From Macrostomum lignano (lineage: Eukaryota), in assembly GCA_002269645.1 (NCBI GenBank), contig NIVC01000461.1, positions 434,001 to 498,000 of the forward strand: a DNA stretch of 64,000 nt, written 5' to 3'. Below, piece by piece: positions 50,001-61,584 of the stretch (the stretch's first letter is position 1; every line of letters begins with the position of its first letter). Position numbers and translations under genes: made by a program. The notes beneath the pieces are model-generated. The model had not been told where the DNA came from, did no database searches, and was given only the letters and a program-made list of their open reading frames with translations.

Positions 50001-50937
50001 CAGAAGGGCAATTAAGGTGGGCTATATGTACAGAAGGACAATTAAGGTGGGCTAGGTACAGAAGGGCAATTAAGGTGGGCTATATGTACAGAAGAACAAT
50101 TAAGGTGGGCTATAGGTACAGAAGGGCAATTAAGGTGGGCTATATGTACAGAAGGGCAATTAAGTTGGGCTAGGTACACAGAAGGGCAATTAAGGTGGGC
50201 TATAGGTACAGAAGGGCAATTAAGGTGGGCTATATGTACAGAAGGGCAATTAAGGTGGGCTATATGTACAGAAGGGCAATTAAGGTGGGCTATAGGTACA
50301 GAAGGGCAATTAAGGTGGGCTATAGGTACAGAAGGGCAATTAAGGTGGGCTATATGTACAGAAGGGCAATTAAGGTGGGCTAGGTACACAGAAGGGCAAT
50401 TAAGGTGGGCTAGGTACACAGAAGGGCAATTAAGGTGGGCTAGGTACACAGAAGGGCAATTAAGGTGGGCTAGGTACACAGAAGGGCAATTAAGGTGGGC
50501 CAGGTACATAGAAGGGCAATTAAGGTGGGCTAGGTACACAGAAGGGCAATTAAGGCGGGCTAGGTAAGGAATATATAGAAATGCAAGGAATGTCAGACAC
50601 AGTTAAGTTGTAAAACTCTTTTACTACTTAATGAACAGTAGCGTAACAGCACAAATATTGACATAACGATAAAGTGCGACCCTAACATCTCAATAAGAAA
50701 ATGTTACCTAATTTTACATATCGATAGTCCAATTTATACGAGCTTAAACACAGGTGAAGCCGTCATTTGATAATCTTTTGAATGGAACAGCACTCACCAA
50801 ATGCTGGAAATTTTCCACCACCAAGCCCAGGAATAGTAATAGTATATAATTAGCTCGTTGAAGAGAACTGCAGCAAAAATAATTTTCAATTCCATCGGCC
50901 AGCAGGCCAGCCAGGTCCGCAGTTTGGACAATTTCAT
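47066..50937 (-). CDS. Cdc1/MPPE1(PGAP5)-family calcineurin-like metallophosphoesterase, 5 exons, 391 aa
   Basis: Exons 50798-50937, 49463-49573, 49008-49387, 48045-48441 and 47066-47213 total 1176 nt, GT-AG and in phase. Features: N-terminal TM (FAAVLFNELIIYYYYSW), metal-binding motifs ASDPQIQG, GDLIDEG, GDNDVGGE, ILSNH and GHRH, then PTCSYRMG and a C-terminal TM (FYWLGLYVLCLLLCAGYWLF). Confidence 0.85.
47293..47562. repeat. Minisatellite, 34-bp unit GGTGTGTCCCAGTTCCAGATGTGGCTGAGCTCAG, metallophosphoesterase intron 4
   Basis: Direct inspection. Confidence 0.93.
47562..48070. repeat. Minisatellite, 45-bp unit spanning the exon 4/intron 4 donor junction
   Basis: The sense unit is GTGTTAGCCTCTGGCTGGTGTCCAG|GTATGCACTGTGAGACACCT; 11 donor contexts counted including the authentic one. 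Confidence 0.92.
48619..48900. mobile_element. Second, inverted copy of the 21496-21928 MITE family, in metallophosphoesterase intron 3
   Basis: The reverse complement aligns by eye with 21496-21776 over ~280 bp (e.g. CTAATGTACATTATTGCTGAACCAATTAGCAAGCTG and TACTAGAATAACTAGATGGGCCACTCAGCACATTTGCGTG). Confidence 0.8.
49675..50562. repeat. Minisatellite, ~30-bp unit GAAGGGCAATTAAGGTGGGCTATATGTACA, metallophosphoesterase intron 1
   Basis: Direct inspection. Confidence 0.95.
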
Positions 50938-51032
50938 TGCGGCGTCAGCAGCTGGCAATAGCAAATCTGGCGGTAATAAATTACAGCTGCCAGTTGATGG
51001 GATAAGAAGGAATGATGCAATGCATCCAGCTA

Positions 51033-52365
51033 CGAGGTGTATTCAAAAAGCTCTTTTCGTTTATTTTATCATTTATTTTTAGAAAGCTTTGTAAACAGAA
51101 TTTTAGCGATTGGACCAAGTTATGACCTAAGCGTTCCTAGGGTTTTAAGCCTCAGTTTTCAACTATGTTTGAGCAGCGAACATTTTTATCAGCTACCACT
51201 CAATTTCTTGACCATGGCTGAATCATTTTCAAAGTAAGACATTCAAAGCTTGATGAAGTTTCCGTTTCTGCAAGGAAAAAAGCCACCGGATATGTTTAGG
51301 GAGCTTCAGCAAGTGCTTGGCAACTGTGCACCAACTGAGCAGACATTTCGAAAATGGTACCGGCTGTTCGCTGAGGGAAGAGAGAGCGTTGGGGACAATG
51401 ATCGCTCTGGAAGGCCGATGACTGCAACCTATGAGACTGTTGTGAAGAAAGTACAAGAGCTCCTGGATGATGATCGGCTACGGACTTGCGAAGAGTTGGG
51501 AGAAGACGTTGGTGTGTCAGCAGGAAGCGTCCACACAATTCTGACTGAGCGTCTTCACCTGCAGAAAAAGTTTTGCAAGTGGGTGCCACACCTGCTGACA
51601 GGTGAGCAAAAGATGCAGTGAACTCTGGCTTCAAGCAGCCACCTGTGTCGGTTCCATCGAGAAGGGGAGGATTTTCTATCAAGAATTGTTGCTGGAGACG
51701 AGACGTGGGTTTACAGCTGGGATCCTGAGACAAAGGCCCAGTCTGCCGAATGGCTTCCAGCACATTCTCCAGGACCTCAGGCCATCAGGAAGCAGGGTGC
51801 GCTGAAGATCATGCACGTCATGCTTTTTGATTCCCAAGGAATCCTGCTGAACTGGGCAGTTCCACAAGGAACCACCGTCAATGGGGACTACTACAAGTGG
51901 ATTCTGCAGGAGTTGCGCCCAGCAATACAAAGAAGCGCCCCTGGTCTGCTGGAATCTGGCGTGATCCTGCTGCACGACAATGCGCCAGCACATCGCAAGC
52001 ACAACATTGTGGAACTCCTGAGCAAATGGGGCTGGGAAGTGCTCCAACATCCCTCTTAGTCGCCTGATTTGTCGCCATGCGACTTTTTCTTATTTCCATC
52101 TGTGAAGAAGCACCTTCGGGGCATTCGATTCGACAGCGTCGAGCACATCGAAGCTGCTTGCAGTCAAGCTGTTCACCAAACGGACGCGAGTGGTGTGAGT
52201 TCCAGATTAACAGAGGTCTGGTACATCGCTGGCAGAAGTGCAAAGACATTGGCGGTGAATATATTGAGTGACAGAATCATGTTAAACAATCTGTGTTTTC
52301 ATGGTTCCAGTTGTTTTGTGTTCAGTTTTGTAGGGCACCGAAAAGAAATTTTTGAATACACCTCG
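51033..52365 (+). mobile_element. Full-length inactive mariner (Tc1/mariner, DD34D) transposon
   Basis: TA flanks at 51031-51032 and 52366-52367; ~27-bp TIRs CGAGGTGTATTCAAAAA...; 1333 bp long. The transposase is in fragments: HTH region, WVPHLL, GDETW, HDNAPAH, then S*SPDLSPCDF with 34 residues between D2 and D3. There are several stops and frameshifts, including TAG at the Y of YSPDL. Confidence 0.92.
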
Positions 52366-52384
52366 TATTTTGAATGCTAATGGG

Positions 52385-53250
52385 GAAAGCTAACTAACTG
52401 ATGGGGAGCTAAGTGGCTAATGAGGAGAGCTAAGTGGCTAATGGGAGAGCTAGGTAGCTAATGGGGAGAGCTAAGCAGCTAATAGGGAAAGCTAAGTGGC
52501 TAAATGGGGAGAGCTAAGTGGCTAATGGGAGAGCTAGGTAGCTAATGGGGAGAGCTAAGCAGCTAATAGGGAAAGCTAAGTGGCTAAATGGGGAGAGCTA
52601 AGTGGCTGATAGGGAGAGCTAAGTGGCTAATAGGGAAAGCTAAGTGGCTAATAGGCAAGCTAAGTGGCTAATGGAGAGAGCTAAGTGGCTAATAGGGAAA
52701 CCTAAGTGGCTAATGGGGAGAGCTAAGTGGCTAATGGGAAGAGCTATGTGGCTAATGGGAGAGCTAAGTGGCTGATGGGGAGAGCTAAGTGGCTAATGGG
52801 AGAGCTAGGTAGCTAATGGGGAGAGCTAAGCAGCTAATAGGGAAAGCTAAGTGGCTAATAGGGAAAGCTAAGTGGCTAATGGGGAGAGCTAAGTGGCTAA
52901 TAGGGAAACCTAAGTGGCTAATGGGGAGAGCTAAGTGGCTAATGGGAAGAGCTATGTGGCTAATGGGAGAGCTAAGTGGCTGATGGGGAGAGCTAAGTGG
53001 CTAATGGGAGAGCTAGGTAGCTAATGGGGAGAGCTAAGCAGCTAATAGGGAAAGCTAAGTGGCTAAATGGGGAGAGCTAAGTGGCTGATAGGGAGAGCTA
53101 AGTGGCTAATAGGGAAAGCTAAGTGGCTAATAGGCAAGCTAAGTGGCTAATGGAGAGAGCTAAGTGGCGAATGGGGAAACCTAAGTGGCTAATGGGGAGA
53201 GCTAAGTGGCTAACTGAGGAAGCTAAGTAGCTAATGGGGACCGTACAGTG
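52385..53250. repeat. Minisatellite, ~21-bp unit GAGAGCTAAGTGGCTAATGGG with higher-order repetition
   Basis: Direct inspection. Confidence 0.93.
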
Positions 53251-53554
53251 GCTAATAGGGGTAGTTACTAAAATCGCAATAATTGACTGCAGAGATCTTC
53301 TTATCCCCCTATAAGTTAATTATAAAAAATAAGCCAACATTAGACACTTTGCAATAGTTTTCTTGAACAAAGAAACGAAATTCAACTTTAAAATAAATGC
53401 AATATATTTATGAACTAACGAGGCCAACTCCTACGTTGGCGGAGTAAGGGGATAGAACTCCCATCGCCAGAATTTCATTCCCTGAATCCAATGACACGAA
53501 TCCCATCGTCCAAATCCTCTATTAACCTCCCAAAAACTATGTTGATTTACCTGT

Positions 53555-55130
53555 TTGCAAAAATTGACTGCCTGCCATCGTCCAGACTGAGACTCTCGTC
53601 TGTCTCCTCTCTCCTCTTTGCTCTCTCATCTCTCATCTCTCCTATCTCCTCTCTGCTCTCATCTCCTCGCTTATCTATCATTTCTCATCTCATCTCTACT
53701 CTCTTATCTCTCCTCTCTGCGCTCTCATATCTACGATCTCTTCTTTCTCGTCACTACTTTCTCCTCTCTCCTCTCTCCTCTCCTTTATCTCCTCTCTGCT
53801 CTCTCATCTCTCTACTTTCTCTCCTCTCCTCTCTCCCTTATCCTCTCGCTTCTCTCTCCTCTCTCACCTCATCGCTACTCATTTATCTATTCTCTCTCGT
53901 CTTTCGGCTCTACTCCCTCTGTCTCCTCTTTCTCCTCTCTTACCCCCTCTCCTCTCAATTCCCTCATCTCTTCTCCCGCCTTTATTCTCTTTTTTTCTTT
54001 TCTCTAATCTGTCCCTTTTAATTCTCTCTTTTCATGTTCTATTTCATCTAATCTTTTATCTACTCTTGCCTTTTCTCTTTTCTCTATTCCCTTTCATTTA
54101 GCCATTTCATCCTCTCCATGAAACAGATATCATCAAAATCCTCTCAGTTAAACTGCAATCCAGCGTGTATCATCTCCTTCAAGCTACAATCCATCAATTT
54201 AAAAAATATTATCTCTATCAAATTTCAGTCAATCAAGACTATGAAACTGAAGTCTATAAAAATATGTTTTTTTACTTGTCTGGGTATACGTCAAAAAATC
54301 TTCAAAATCTTCCAAATCCTCCATACAACCTCTGAAATATCATAGCATGTTTTCCTTGTTTACAAAAATTGACTGCCATCGTCCAGACTGAGACTCTCTC
54401 CTGTCTCCTCTCTGCTCCTTTATCTAATCTCTTCTCTCTGCTCTCATCTCCTCTCTCATCTCTACTCTTACTTTCTTATCAATCACCTCCCATCTCTCAT
54501 ATCTTCTCTCTGCGCTCTCATCTCTATTTTCTCATCTTTCTCCTTTGCTCTCTCATTTCTTTTTTCATCCCTCTCCTCTCTCCCTTCTCTTCTCGCTTCT
54601 CTCTCTCTCCCCTCTTCTCTCTTATCTCTTCTCTCCTGTCTTCTCTCAATTCTCTCTTATCTCTCCTCTTCTCTCTCATCTCTCATCTCTACTCGCTTAT
54701 CTATCGCCTCTCCTCTACCCTGTCCTCTCTCTCTCTTCTCTTTTCTCTCTCGTCTCTCCTCTCTGCTCTCATTTCTCACACTCCTATTTTCTCTCTTACC
54801 CTCTATTTTTCCATCTCTCATCTTTCCCCTCTCCTCTCTACCGTCTCCTGTCTCATCTCTTCTCTCTCTCCTCTGTACTCTCTAATCCCTCCTCTCTCCT
54901 CCCATCTTTCCTCCCTCCTTTGCTCTCTTATTTTTCCTCTCTCCCCTCCTTTCTTCCTTCTACATTTTCTTCTCTTCGCTCTCCCTCTTCAATCTTCATC
55001 ATTCCCGCCTCACTCCCCTCTTCTCTCCCCTCTGTCGTCTTTAATCTCTCATCTCTCATATCTACTGTCTTTTCTATAATCTTTCTATCCTCTCTTCTCC
55101 TTGAAATCTCTTTTCTCTCTACTCTCTTAT
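53555..55130. repeat. Duplicated CT-rich low-complexity (polypyrimidine) tract
   Basis: The same leader AAAAATTGACTGCC...ATCGTCCAGACTGAGACTCTC precedes a long CT-rich block at ~53560 and at ~54365. Confidence 0.85.
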
Positions 55131-55395
55131 CTGACGGACTGAAAGCGCCGATAATCAAACCAATTGAAATTTGTCACCCGCCTCCTCCATTACTGAAATT
55201 ACTCAAATGATAGCTGGCTTGAATTTGTGTACTCAACCCCCCCCCCCCCAACTACAATCTTGGCAGAAATTTTAAAAGTATGGAATCGTTTTTTCAATGC
55301 TGTGCTTTTTGTTTTCATATTTAAAGCAAATAACTTATATCCCCGAATTCAGCGCTGCAAGATCCTTCCAGCAATATATGTCTCTCCTCTCAAAG

Positions 55396-56151
55396 TTCCG
55401 GGGGAGGCTTCACAAGCGCTAATTTTCATAAGCGCTAACTCACCTACTTTCACAAGCGCTAAACTTCATAACCGCTAACTCCCTTACTTTCACAACCGCT
55501 AAAACACAAATGTCGCCTACTTTCACAAGCGCTAAACTTCACAAACGCTAACCTTTACAATCCCCAAAACACGAATGTCGGTTTCTTTTACAAGCGCTAA
55601 AATGTTAATATACTATATGTACTAATATAGTAATACTAATATACTATACTAATATACTAATATACTATTTTAGCGCTTGTGAAAGTAGGCGATATTTGTG
55701 TTTTAGCGGTTGTGAAGTTTAGCGTTTGTGAAGTTTAGCGTTTATAAAGTTTAGCGCTTGTGAAAGTAGGTGAAAAATTCGTAGCTAACGTGAAATTTAG
55801 CGCTTGTGAAGTTTAGCGCTTGTGAAGTTTAGCGCTTGTGAAGTTTAGCGCTTGTGAAAGTAGGTGGTTTCACTATTCTGAAGTTTAGCGCTTGTGAAAT
55901 TTAGCGTTTGTGAAAGTAGGTGGCGAATTTGTAGCTATTATGAAGTTTAGCGCTTGTGAAGTTTAGCGCTTGTGAAAGTAGGTGGTTTCACTATTCTGAA
56001 GTTTAGCGTTTGTGAAGTTTAGCGCTTGTGAAAGTAGGCGGCAAATTTTTAGCTATTATGAAGTTTAGCGCTTGTGAAATTTAGCGCTTGTGAAAGTCAA
56101 TGTCGTTAGCGGTTATGAAAATTAGCGCTTGTGAAAGCGACCCCCCCGGAA
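55396..56151. mobile_element. Foldback-type element: long inverted arms made of AGCGCTTGTGAA(G/A) subrepeats around an AT-rich centre
   Basis: Left TTCCGGGGGAGGCTTCACAAGCGCTAATTTTCATAAGCGCTAAC versus right GTTAGCGGTTATGAAAATTAGCGCTTGTGAAAGCGACCCCCCCGGAA. Subrepeat orientation flips across the TAATATACTA-rich spacer at ~55605-55670. Confidence 0.8.
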
Positions 56152-56873
56152 TCATTAAATTTTACTGCAGCCCCAACACGCGGGGGTTTTATTTGCATTG
56201 AACCCAGAACACGCATCACCCACCCCTCCAAAACACAGCGACCTGCGGGGGGGAGGTTGGGGTGGTTGTTTTTACAACTTATGCCACTGGAGAGGCAAAG
56301 TGGCCAAAGAAGGTTAAGAAAACAGTTTTCTGCTTTTTTAACAGACTTAACTTTTAAATTTTCAACATTAAAATTATTTGTTGCGTAGGAAAATTATCTT
56401 ACATGCCTGAGTCGCGGTAGAATCACTGAGTTGCGTCTAAAGCGCATCTGCGCCACTCTATGAATTAGAATCGCATTTTGCATTTATAACAACTCATATT
56501 TAGTCTACCCGGACGACTTTCTCGCGACTCTTTTTAAGATTCTGCATTGCAATCGTTTAAGTCGTTAAAAAGTCACACCAGTTGCCCCAGAGTGACCAGT
56601 GAGTTGTTTGCAATTACTCTTTTGTGATTATACTGATTGACATTGTAAACTTTTCAATGGTATGTCCACGCAACAAGAGTTACTCTTTAGGTAAGCGTCA
56701 GTATACCGGTAGGCATCGCAAATTCTGTAAAAATACATGCATATAGTTATAGATCAGCATGCTCCGTTTAAACTACTTATCTAATCAGTAGCTTAAACGA
56801 ATATTACTAAGCTTGAAAATTAACTAATAAACCAGGGAAACAACACCGAACAGTACTATTATTATTAGTATTA

Positions 56874-59700
56874 CTACTGGGCAGGCAGGCGCCGAACCAG
56901 CAGTTCCGGATCAGTCGATTCGACAACAAACCGATCGAGTTCCGGCTCGGCGTCCGGATTAGCCATTGGCGGATTTTGACAGGCTACTTGAACCACCGCG
57001 TCCGGGATCTGGTTGAGGCTGGCTAGGGTCTGGCCGGACACCAGGCCGAGCTGGGCGGAGGTCAGGCCCAGCTGGTCAATCAGTTCAGAGTGGAAGCGGC
57101 GAAGGCGAAACATGGGCACCTCCATTGGCGGGCCGGGCTTGTCGAACAGTTGAATCTGTACAGATGTGGATTGATTTGCAGTGCAGCTGGGCCGCTTGTG
57201 TGCTATTACAGATAGGCAAGCAGTCATTGGCCACACAGCACTCAGCGAGCACTCGGATATACTTACAGGGTATACGGGGTCTACGACTTTAGACCGACAT
57301 ACAAAAAATCTGCTGCCACAAATTGACTTTCGACCCTAACATGAACCCTAACCTAAACACTAACCCAAACTAAACCCTAACCTAAACCCAAACATGAACC
57401 CTAACCTAAACACTAACCCAAACTAAACCCTAACCTAAACCCAAACATTAACCCTAACCTAAACACTAACCCAAACTAAACCCTAACCTAAACCCAAACA
57501 TTAACCCTAACCTAAACACTAACCCAAACTAAACCCTAACCTAAACCCTAACATGAACCCTAACCTAAACACTAACTCAAACTAAACCCTAACCTAAACC
57601 CAAACATTAACCCAAACTAAACCCTAACCTAAACCCTACCATGAACCCTAACATAAACCCTACCATGAACCCTAACCTAAACCCAACCATGAACCCTAAC
57701 CTAAACCCAACCATGAACCCTAACCTAAACCCTACCATGAACCCTAACCTAAACCTTACCATGAACCCTAACCTAAACCCTACCATGAACCCTAACCTAA
57801 ACCCAAACCTAAACCCTGATATAAACTGCGAGTACATGTACATGCCCTAGCCCTAACCTAAACATCAACATGAACCCTTAACATAACAAATATTGACATC
57901 TGGAACAAAGCATATCAGAGAACCATTGTGAGCTGCCTACAAAACATTTATGCCATGTCTATTTTAGACATACCCTGACTTTTCTCATAGTCGGGCATGT
58001 ACACACTCTGTAAACTGGACTGGAATGTCATACCTTGACGGCAGTTTCGCTAATCTCATCCGAGACCAGCCGGCACCGAAGCAGTTCAGCGCCATCTTCT
58101 GGCTCGAGAAGCAGCAGCCGCTGGCCAAGGACTTCCTTAGCCATGGTGGCCAGGCAGTACACAGCGTACAGCTGCGGCTTTCTAGTGCGAAGAAATCGCA
58201 GCAGAGTGGTGGTCTCCTTCATGACGGTCTCCAGCACGGCCTCCAGCTGGCTGTCCAGGGTGTACAGCCACACGAATCTATTGCCGTCGGAGCCGAGACG
58301 CAGAGCGGTGAACTGCTGGCCCTCGGTCAGCCCACCGACGTCCAAAAAGGCGTCGGCCTCCTCGTCGGCGTCGCTTTCTTCGTTGTCGCCGGCGTCCTCG
58401 AACTCGGCGGGCTCAGTGGCCTCGCTGGCGACCTCGCTAGCAACTTCGAATCCCCATTCGTCCACTTCCGGCTCGGCAGCAGTTGGTTCAGACGAAGCGG
58501 AAGCAGAAGCTTTAGAAGCGGCGGGTCTCGGCGAGTAGGTCATTGTAGGCGTTTTAGGGGCCGCAGGCGACGGATCAGTATGGAGTCGTCTAGGCCGACC
58601 GGGTCGCCCGGATAGTACATCATGCGGCCGAGCACGTCTTCGACGCGCAGGGCGCCCTCGGCCACCAAGCTGGCTTCCAGAGTGTCGCACTGAGCTGGCA
58701 GAGCAGCACCGGATTGTTCGGCCGCCTGGCGCCAGAAATAGCTGCGCTCGGTGCCGCGCGGCTGTATGATGCTTCGCGCGGCTGCTAGCAGATCGGCATA
58801 GTCGGCTGGATCAGGCGCCGGCTGCTTCGGCTGTACAGACGAGATTGTCAGGTTCTGCGTGCGTTGGCTTAACGGCTCCCGGAATGCCTCCGACGGTTGT
58901 CGCGACCTGGGCGGCGACGGCGCCAAACGGGACTGGACTTGAGGGCGCTGCTCGGCCTGCATCGACGATGACGACAACAAGCTCGACTGGGCAGCTCGAG
59001 GATTAGCGGCGAAGCCGAAGCTTTTTCTATCGCTACCGCCGCCAGCGCCTCTGCTATTAAAGCCGTCACCGCCGCTGCCTCTGCTGCCGCCTCTTCCATC
59101 TCCTCCCCCGTTGCTGCCAGCACTATTGGCTGTCCGCATGCTTGGTGGCAAGTAGATCTGCTGCTCTTGCAACGGCCGCCTGCCGCCGCCGCGGGCTGTG
59201 CCCCGGCCACGCGCTGGATAAGACGGCCTCTGGCCGCGAATGGCGCCCCGGTCGGCGGAGGGGCGACCGCGGTAGGCGGATGCGCCGGCAGAAAAGGCGG
59301 AAGCGGAGCTAAGCGACGAAAAAGACGAGGCGGACGACATTGAGCTGCGGCCGCGCAAGCTAGCGGAGCTGCCACTGCCAAGAAGCGAGTTGCCGCGACC
59401 ACCCCTGCCGCCTCTTGCGGAGGGGCGCTTCTTCTTTTTGCTCCTCTGCTTAGAAATCAGCGCCTCAATGTGAGAGCTGCGCTCCGAGGCGACACCGTGG
59501 CAGACTACTTCGCCGTTTTCATTGGACAGGCGCACAATCTCAGGAATGCTGCGAAGGTAGGCAGTCAGATTTGGATAGCCCTGTAGGTCGAGATCGGCCG
59601 AGACCAGCTGACGATAGTCCCTCATCAGCTGTCTGATAGGGACGCCCTCCTTAGAGGAGATTAAGACGCATCGTAAATTGATTTTTTGATCATCGGCCAT
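56874..59700 (-). CDS. LOTUS (OST-HTH) + extended Tudor germ-granule protein, TDRD5/Tejas-like; reading frame interrupted near 58540-58585
   Basis: ATG at 59700 begins a LOTUS domain ([29 protein letters not shown]...[13 protein letters not shown]...[10 protein letters not shown]), then an RGG-rich region and a possible second winged helix, with a stop at 58540. The shifted frame continues through an acidic linker into a Tudor-like region to a donor at 58033. The last exon is 56874-57155 ([25 protein letters not shown]...). Confidence 0.75.
57335..57885. repeat. Telomere-like degenerate minisatellite (AACCCTAACCTAAAC core, 24-bp and longer units), LOTUS-Tudor intron
   Basis: Direct inspection. 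Confidence 0.9.
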
Positions 59701-59811
59701 TGTGTTGGAGGACAAAGAAACAGCGATGGAGCCTTTCAATTACAATGCAGAATTCCTTTTTTTGCAACAATTGCACATGAATTGAATGAACCGATGAGGG
59801 AATATACCGAC

Positions 59812-60627
59812 TGCAATACTGAATCTACCGACTGCAATACTGAATCTACCAACTGCAATAATAAATCTACTGACCGCAATACTGAATCTACCAACTGCAA
59901 TAATAAATCTACTGACCGCAATACTGAATCTACCGACTGCAGTACTGAATCTACCGACTGCAATAATAAATCTACTGACCGCAATACTGAATCTACCGAC
60001 TGCAGTACTGAATCTACCGACTGCAATACTGAATCTACCGACTGCAATACTGAATCTACCGACTGCAGTACTGAATCTACCGACTGCAATAATAAATCTA
60101 TTGACCGCAATACTGAATCTACCGACTGCAGTACTGAATCTACCGACTGCAATACTGAATCTACCGACTGCAATACTGAATGTACTGACTGCAATACTGA
60201 ATCTACCAACTGCAGTACTGAATCTACTGACTGCAATACTTAATCTACTGACTGCAATACTGAATCTACTGACTGCAATACTGAATCTAACGACTGCAAT
60301 ACTGAATCTACCGACTGCAATACTGAATCTACCGACTGCAGTACTGAATCTACCGACTGCAATAATAAATCTATTGACCGCAATACTGAATCTACCGACT
60401 GCAGTACTGAATCTACCGACTGCAATACTGAATCTACCGACTGCAATACTGAATCTACTGACTGCAATACTGAATCTACCAACTGCAGTACTGAATCTAC
60501 CGACTGCAATACTTAATCTACTGACTACAATACTGAATCTACTGACTGCAATACTGAATCTAACGACTGCAATACTGAATCTACCAACTGCAATACTGAA
60601 TCTACCGACTGCAATACTAAATCTACT
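59812..60627. repeat. Minisatellite, 21-bp unit ACTGAATCTACCGACTGCAAT
   Basis: Direct inspection. Confidence 0.95.
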
Positions 60628-61373
60628 GATCCCAATGCTTGACACGAATGCACCAATAAAAGCTTAGATTCGGACGCATCTGATCCGATTTTAGCAGGAA
60701 GCAACTTCGTCAAACGCAAAGGGAATTTGTAAAGCTGCAGACCCCCAATAAACCGATTGTGTTGTATTTAGCCGGACTTGTATTTTTATTAGAATTGCGC
60801 TTGACTTTGCACACTGCGTTGGAAAATGTAAGCAATAAATACAAATATAAAGTGAGTAATTGTTTGTTTAGGCTTGTCATAAACAGTCTCGCGCGACAAA
60901 AAAATGTACCTTGAACCCGGGACTGGCATAGCAACATATTGGCAATATGAAGCATTTTATAATTGATAAATATTATTTATATTAGACTGTTCAAAATGGT
61001 GCTTTATTAATAACAACACGAGCCACACCTGCTCTAATAGCAGTAGTAACTGAAATATATAGGAATATGGGCAACCAACCCCCCCCCCCCCAAGATTCTG
61101 AATAATCAGAGACGTTACTACGGAACTTAATTGTCAATTAATTAGAGTTTTAAGTAGGATATTTAGAGAGGAACAGAGTTAATTCTACTGTAAATAAACA
61201 GATCCCGCTTTTACAATATATACTAAACTAAAGAGAACAAGAATTGGAGGGTAAAATAGGAAGAAGCGAACCTACAGATAGAAACTGTTCGTCATTCACT
61301 GGTGGCAGAGAATCAACAATGTCCATACAGAGACAGGCAGAGCAGGTACCCGGACAGGACAGGTCACCGAGGC

Positions 61374-61520
61374 TTAAAAATCGTCATAGTCATCTTCGCT
61401 CATCTCCTTGGCCGTCTCCAGTTCGGCGGCCTCGCGTTCGCGACGCTCCTCGGCGCTCTCCAGATCCTCGGTGTACTTCTTAGGCGGGTAGCGCATCGCT
61501 CGGACGGACTGCTCGCGGAC
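61374..61520 (-). CDS. PSMD3: 26S proteasome non-ATPase regulatory subunit 3 (Rpn3), last exon
   Basis: Acceptor CTCAG at 61521-61525. The translation [48 protein letters not shown] matches the conserved PSMD3 tail ([21 protein letters not shown]...AKEM.EDD). Confidence 0.88.
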   Translation of the reverse strand, partial: VREQSVRAMRYPPKKYTEDLESAEERREREAAELETAKEMSEDDYDDF

Positions 61521-61584
61521 CTGAGATGAGCCAGGGGGGGGGGTGGGGGAGCTTTGTATGGGATTTAGAACGGGCATAGGCAAC

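Noticed and set aside
49714-50539. HLNCPSV repeat ORFs resembling LRR proteins
   Set aside because: A 30-bp array inside intron 1 of the metallophosphoesterase.
53491-55210. Leu/Ser-rich multi-TM-looking ORFs
   Set aside because: Translations of CT low-complexity DNA.
59686-60719. TESTDCN / SIAVGRF / TAILNLP repeat ORFs open in several frames
   Set aside because: A 21-bp minisatellite; being open in many frames on both strands is typical of such arrays.
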